DNA from: an uncultured Roseburia sp.
GTDB taxonomy: Bacteria; Bacillota; Clostridia; Lachnospirales; Lachnospiraceae
DNA length: 51,728 bases
Direction of reading: 5' to 3'
Assembly (NCBI GenBank): GCA_944381595.1
Contig: CALWLV010000015.1
Location: forward strand, 1 to 51,728
Shown here: positions 47,939 to 51,728 of the stretch, piece after piece
Numbering within the stretch: the stretch's first letter is position 1
Layout of the letters: every line of letters begins with the position of its first letter
Program-made: the position numbers and the translations under genes
The notes under the pieces: generated by a model
Told to the model about the DNA's origin: nothing
What the model saw: the letters and a program-made list of their open reading frames with translations, nothing else
Database searches by the model: none

Positions 47939-48772
47939 TTATAAACCGGATACCAAATGGGATGCCACAAAACTGATGCATACCCAACAAATGGATACTC
48001 CTGCAAATATATAATCGTTCCTTGTCACCTTCAGCATAGAGAGCTTCATCTTCTTTACTGCCGGATTCTTTGCCGCATAACGATACCCCTTGATTTCCAA
48101 TGCTTCCACCGTAGTTCTGGAACGCTTTGCCGTATTTAACATCAGTGGATAAAATGACTGAATAATCATCTTAATCTGATAACACAGATATTTTATTTTT
48201 CCAAAAAAACTTTTCTTTTCCGGTGGATTTCCACGAAGTCTGTAAGAAAGAAGAATATTCTGAAATTCTTCCATCAATACCGGTAAAATACGATACGCAA
48301 AAGAAATACTGAAGGAGAACTGATCCGGACATCCAAACCAGAGCATGCCATTGGCCAGCCTGTCAGGATCTAACCCGGAAAAAACAGTAATTGATGCCAG
48401 GGACACCACTGCAACCTTCAATGTCATCACAAGCAGTGGGGCAATGGTACTGCTGTCACCGCCGAAAAAGAGTGCCACCACAAACAAATATCCGGTCTGG
48501 GAAAACACACCGATACAAAATAAAAACAATACCAACGGTGCAATTCTGGCTAACTTTGTGGTCATAACAACAAACAAAAACAAACACAGCAATAATACAA
48601 CATCGTTTAAAAACCACGGAACCAGACCAAAGAATAAATACCATATCAGTAACATACGGGGATCCAGCTGTGCAATGACAGTATCATCATTACCGTAGGC
48701 ATTTTTTAACACCTGATTACGCAAATAGTCAATGGATAGTTTATCTAAAATATTTTCTGTTAATTTATGCAT
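47939..48772 (-). CDS. ECF transporter transmembrane (T) component
   Basis: LDPR start, AYRILPVLMEE, xRG-type motifs (LRG, IKG). Confidence 0.85.
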   Translation of the reverse strand: MHKLTENILDKLSIDYLRNQVLKNAYGNDDTVIAQLDPRMLLIWYLFFGLVPWFLNDVVLLLCLFLFVVMTTKLARIAPLVLFLFCIGVFSQTGYLFVVALFFGGDSSTIAPLLVMTLKVAVVSLASITVFSGLDPDRLANGMLWFGCPDQFSFSISFAYRILPVLMEEFQNILLSYRLRGNPPEKKSFFGKIKYLCYQIKMIIQSFYPLMLNTAKRSRTTVEALEIKGYRYAAKNPAVKKMKLSMLKVTRNDYIFAGVSICWVCISFVASHLVSGL

Positions 48773-50472
48773 ACACTGTCACCTCTAAAATAATCGATAA
48801 AATCCGGAATGGTAAAGCATGGATTGATAATTCCAAGTTCTCGTCCCATCTCATAAATTTCCGGCGGCTTGATTCCCACTTGTTGTCGCACATACATATC
48901 TGCAAACACGGTTTCTTTTGTGCCATCGGCAATGACATATCCTCCGGACAACACAATAATTCTCTCTGCCCAGTCACAGACCAACTGCATATCATGGGTT
49001 GCAATGACAACCGTATCCGTAATTCCCTTTAACATCTGCAATGTCTTCATGATTTCTCTTCTCGTTGCAATATCAAGATTGGCAGTCGGTTCATCCAAAA
49101 GAAGCATTTTGGGATTTAATGCAATTCCAATCGCAAGGGATGCTCTTCTCATCTGTCCTCCAGATAATAATCTTCCATCTCTGTCTGCCAGCTCAGTCAA
49201 ACGGAACATTTCTAACAATTCATCGGTACGTTTCTCATATTCCGGTATGTTCCGCACCTTCATTGCATACTCAATATCTCCGCGAATAGAATCTTTGATA
49301 AACATTTCTTCCGGATTCTGATATACCATGGAAATGGTACGTCCCAGTTCTTCTTTTGACATATCCCTGGTCAGCTTTCCATCCACCTCCACACGTCCTT
49401 CCTCCGGATGAATCAATCCCATCATCAATTTCAGCATTGTGGACTTTCCCGCACCATTAGAACCAATGAGTGCAATTTTTTCTCCCTCTTTGATTTCCAA
49501 ATGAAAATGGTCAAAAATCTTAGGAGATTCCCCTTTGACAGAACGATATTTCACGGTAACATTTTGAAATTCCACCAGTTTCTTTCCCTTTGCCTGATAA
49601 CCGGATATGGGCCTGTTTTGTATTTTTTTCCTGAGGAATCTTTGAAATACTGTTTTTCCCTCCTCTACATCAACCGGAAGTGTAATATCCTTTGGCAAAA
49701 GACCATCTGACACCATTTGATTTGCAGCTATTGTTACCTGTGGCGGGAAAATATTACACTCTTCCAGTTCTTTTACCTGACGCATGGCTTCTTTTGCAGG
49801 GAGTTTCCATGCCACACTGCCGTCTTTTAACAGGAGCACATGCTTACAGTATTCTGCAATATATTCCGTATGGTGTTCTATTACAATAATGGTCTTATGG
49901 TATTTCTCATTTAATTCTTTTAATGTATTGTAAATTGTTCCTGCATGAGCCGGATCAAGCTGTGCTATGGGTTCATCCAGAATCAGCACATCCGGACTAA
50001 GTGCTGCCACTCCTGCCAATGCCAGAAGATGCTTTTGTCCTCCGGACAGCTGCCACACGTAATCATTCATTTTCTTTTCCAGACCACAGGCAATCAGTGA
50101 TTTTCTTCCTTTTTCTTTGTAGTCCTCCATGGCATAATTCAGACATGCATAGGAAGCTTCCTCCAAAACATTGGGACAGACAATCTGATTTTCAAAGTCC
50201 TGATATACATATCCTACCTTTTTTGCCAATGTACCAATCTCAGATTCCTTTGTGTTTAAATCTCCCACCAGGACTTCACCTTCCATATCACCGGTAATAA
50301 AATGTGGAATCAGACCATTTAACGTTTTGCATAAAGTAGATTTCCCACAGCCATTGTTACCTACGATTGCAAGGAAATCCCCTTCCTCTATCTGTACTGA
50401 TACATGATTTAAAGTAGCCTGTTTTGCACCGGGATATGTAAATGTTAAATTTTTAATCTCAATTGTACTCAC
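48760..50472 (-). CDS. ECF transporter fused double ATPase (A-A')
   Basis: Two ABC domains: GNNGCGKST/LSGGQ/ILDEP and GSNGAGKST/LSGGQ/LLDEP. Confidence 0.9.
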   Translation of the reverse strand: MSTIEIKNLTFTYPGAKQATLNHVSVQIEEGDFLAIVGNNGCGKSTLCKTLNGLIPHFITGDMEGEVLVGDLNTKESEIGTLAKKVGYVYQDFENQIVCPNVLEEASYACLNYAMEDYKEKGRKSLIACGLEKKMNDYVWQLSGGQKHLLALAGVAALSPDVLILDEPIAQLDPAHAGTIYNTLKELNEKYHKTIIVIEHHTEYIAEYCKHVLLLKDGSVAWKLPAKEAMRQVKELEECNIFPPQVTIAANQMVSDGLLPKDITLPVDVEEGKTVFQRFLRKKIQNRPISGYQAKGKKLVEFQNVTVKYRSVKGESPKIFDHFHLEIKEGEKIALIGSNGAGKSTMLKLMMGLIHPEEGRVEVDGKLTRDMSKEELGRTISMVYQNPEEMFIKDSIRGDIEYAMKVRNIPEYEKRTDELLEMFRLTELADRDGRLLSGGQMRRASLAIGIALNPKMLLLDEPTANLDIATRREIMKTLQMLKGITDTVVIATHDMQLVCDWAERIIVLSGGYVIADGTKETVFADMYVRQQVGIKPPEIYEMGRELGIINPCFTIPDFIDYFRGDSVCIN

Positions 50473-50490
50473 TGTGTTCTCCCTTTATTC

Positions 50491-51339
50491 TTATTGTTCT
50501 TTTACCGTTTTTGCAGATTTATTTTTGATAATGCCAATCACGATAACCGATACAACGACTGCTGCAATAATAGCAATGATAAAGGCCGTACTGCTTTCTG
50601 CCCATGCTGCTTCCCAATCAATCAATTCATAACCACCGGATGCTAACAATTCTGCTGCGATTGCTGCTGCAAATCCTACGATACAGGAAAGGATTACTTT
50701 CGGAGAAATCACATTGTCTCCACTCAGAATCGTTTTCTCATCCCTTGGCTTCACTCCTAAGAGTGGTTCAATCTTTCCATATAATCTTGGAACCAAATAC
50801 ATGGCTGGCAGCATACAGAATAAAATTCCCGAAAACAGGATGTCATTCAGACACGCGAAACCTTCTGTAAAAAATACACTTTCCGGAAGTCCGGCAACTG
50901 CTTCAAAATCTTCTACTGCAAACTGCACTTTCAGAATATCTACGATACATCCCATAATCAGCTGTACACTTACACCTACAATGGATGCCACTGCCACCAT
51001 CTTACGATTTTTTGGATTCTTTACCATTCTTCCTGCAATGTAAACACCGATGGTTACTGTTAAGAATTTTTCCAGTTCTCCAAGACCACCAAACTGGCCG
51101 AGCATAATTTCACTGAATACTAATTCACCGGTTGCCGCTCCAAGGGCTGCGGAAAGCGGGTCAAATAACATACCTAATGTAAGCGGTATAAACAAGAAAT
51201 ATTCCACGGAAAATTCAACAATTCCCACCTGAAATTTTGGAATCAGCTCTGTAAATAATGTTGCAAGTCCATACAAAGACATGGTCAATACGAAAACCAT
51301 CATCTTCTGCGAATGTGTCATGTTACTCTTTGAATTCAT
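50491..51339 (-). CDS. putative ECF substrate-binding (S) component, substrate unknown
   Basis: 282-aa polytopic membrane protein, first gene of the S-AA'-T-PHP operon. FDPLSAALGAATGEL resembles the G/P...A..G motif of S components. AAGGAGG RBS. Confidence 0.65.
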   Translation of the reverse strand: MNSKSNMTHSQKMMVFVLTMSLYGLATLFTELIPKFQVGIVEFSVEYFLFIPLTLGMLFDPLSAALGAATGELVFSEIMLGQFGGLGELEKFLTVTIGVYIAGRMVKNPKNRKMVAVASIVGVSVQLIMGCIVDILKVQFAVEDFEAVAGLPESVFFTEGFACLNDILFSGILFCMLPAMYLVPRLYGKIEPLLGVKPRDEKTILSGDNVISPKVILSCIVGFAAAIAAELLASGGYELIDWEAAWAESSTAFIIAIIAAVVVSVIVIGIIKNKSAKTVKEQ

Positions 51340-51463
51340 AATAGTTCCTCCTTAAGATTGTCCTCTTTCAAATCTATCTTACAATGAATACTATAACACT
51401 ACACCGAGACTTCTGATATCTTATTCCAATTAAATGTAAGTAAAGTTTTCGTTAAGGAGTTTT

Positions 51464-51479
51464 TGAAATTTTTATTTCA
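51464..51479. promoter_or_regulatory. candidate operator upstream of the ECF operon
   Basis: Palindrome TGAAAT-TTTT-ATTTCA, about 70 bp upstream of an extended -10 (TGTTATAGT, 51390-51398, minus). Confidence 0.4.
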
Positions 51480-51509
51480 TTTTGTTCCTGTTCCTATTTT
51501 TTATAAAAC

Positions 51510-51553
51510 AAAAAAACTGCCCAAACCTCATTTTCTGAAGTCTGGACAGTTTT
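51510..51553 (-). terminator. rRNA operon terminator
   Basis: AAAACTGTCCAGACTTCA-GAAAA-TGAGGTTTGGGCAGTTTTTTT; G-U pairs are compatible with the minus strand. Confidence 0.8.
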
Positions 51554-51637
51554 CTTCTCTCTGCACACTCAAAACTACACACATGTTATCCCGGGGAATC
51601 TCTTCCCTTCCATCCGTCTTCCTCTTCCCGGTCTTTC

Positions 51638-51728
51638 TGGTCAAGCCCTCGACCGATTAGTATCAGTCAGCTCCATGCATTGCTGCACTTCCACCTCTGA
51701 CCTATCAACCTCGTCGTCTTCAAGGGGT
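51638..51728 (-). rRNA. rrl: 23S rRNA, 3'-terminal fragment (gene continues beyond the window)
   Basis: Minus strand ACCCCTTGAAGACGACGAGGTTGATAGGTCAGAGGTGGAAGTGCAGCAATGCATGGAGCTGACTGATACTAATCGGTCGAGGGCTTGACCA matches the conserved 23S 3' end. Confidence 0.95.

Overview
Low-GC Bacillota chromosome segment, Lachnospiraceae-like by gene content (inference). Most genes lie on the minus strand, co-directional with a 23S rRNA 3' end at the right edge. From left to right: a possible IS end; a secreted transglutaminase-like protein with a dockerin-like tail; a ~0.7 kb PH-domain gene cassette bracketed by a 76-bp direct repeat; a 1.35k-aa cell-surface repeat protein downstream of an ABC-2 exporter; a cytidylate kinase-like/ParB-like fusion; degV-trkA-trkH (trkH has an in-frame TGA); tRNA-Gly(TCC); a Bce-type peptide-antibiotic resistance module; an MshEN-CheX-receiver protein; a K+/H+ antiporter; pflB-pflA; a ~15 kb Ter-type stress cluster (3x TerD, TelA, YceG, Ca2+ P-type ATPase, HAD, CitE-like, StiP, PRTase, plus a rhomboid and a YceG-trypsin fusion); a CNNM-dgkA-phasin-UbiB operon; an ECF importer with two PHP phosphoesterases and an RpiR regulator; and a 23S rRNA end with no following 5S gene. 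The best candidates for undescribed systems are the protease- and Ca-pump-equipped Ter cluster, the ECF/PHP/RpiR module, the repeat-flanked PH/Rpn-tail cassette and the MshEN-CheX-REC protein. All family calls are by motif recognition; no database search was run.
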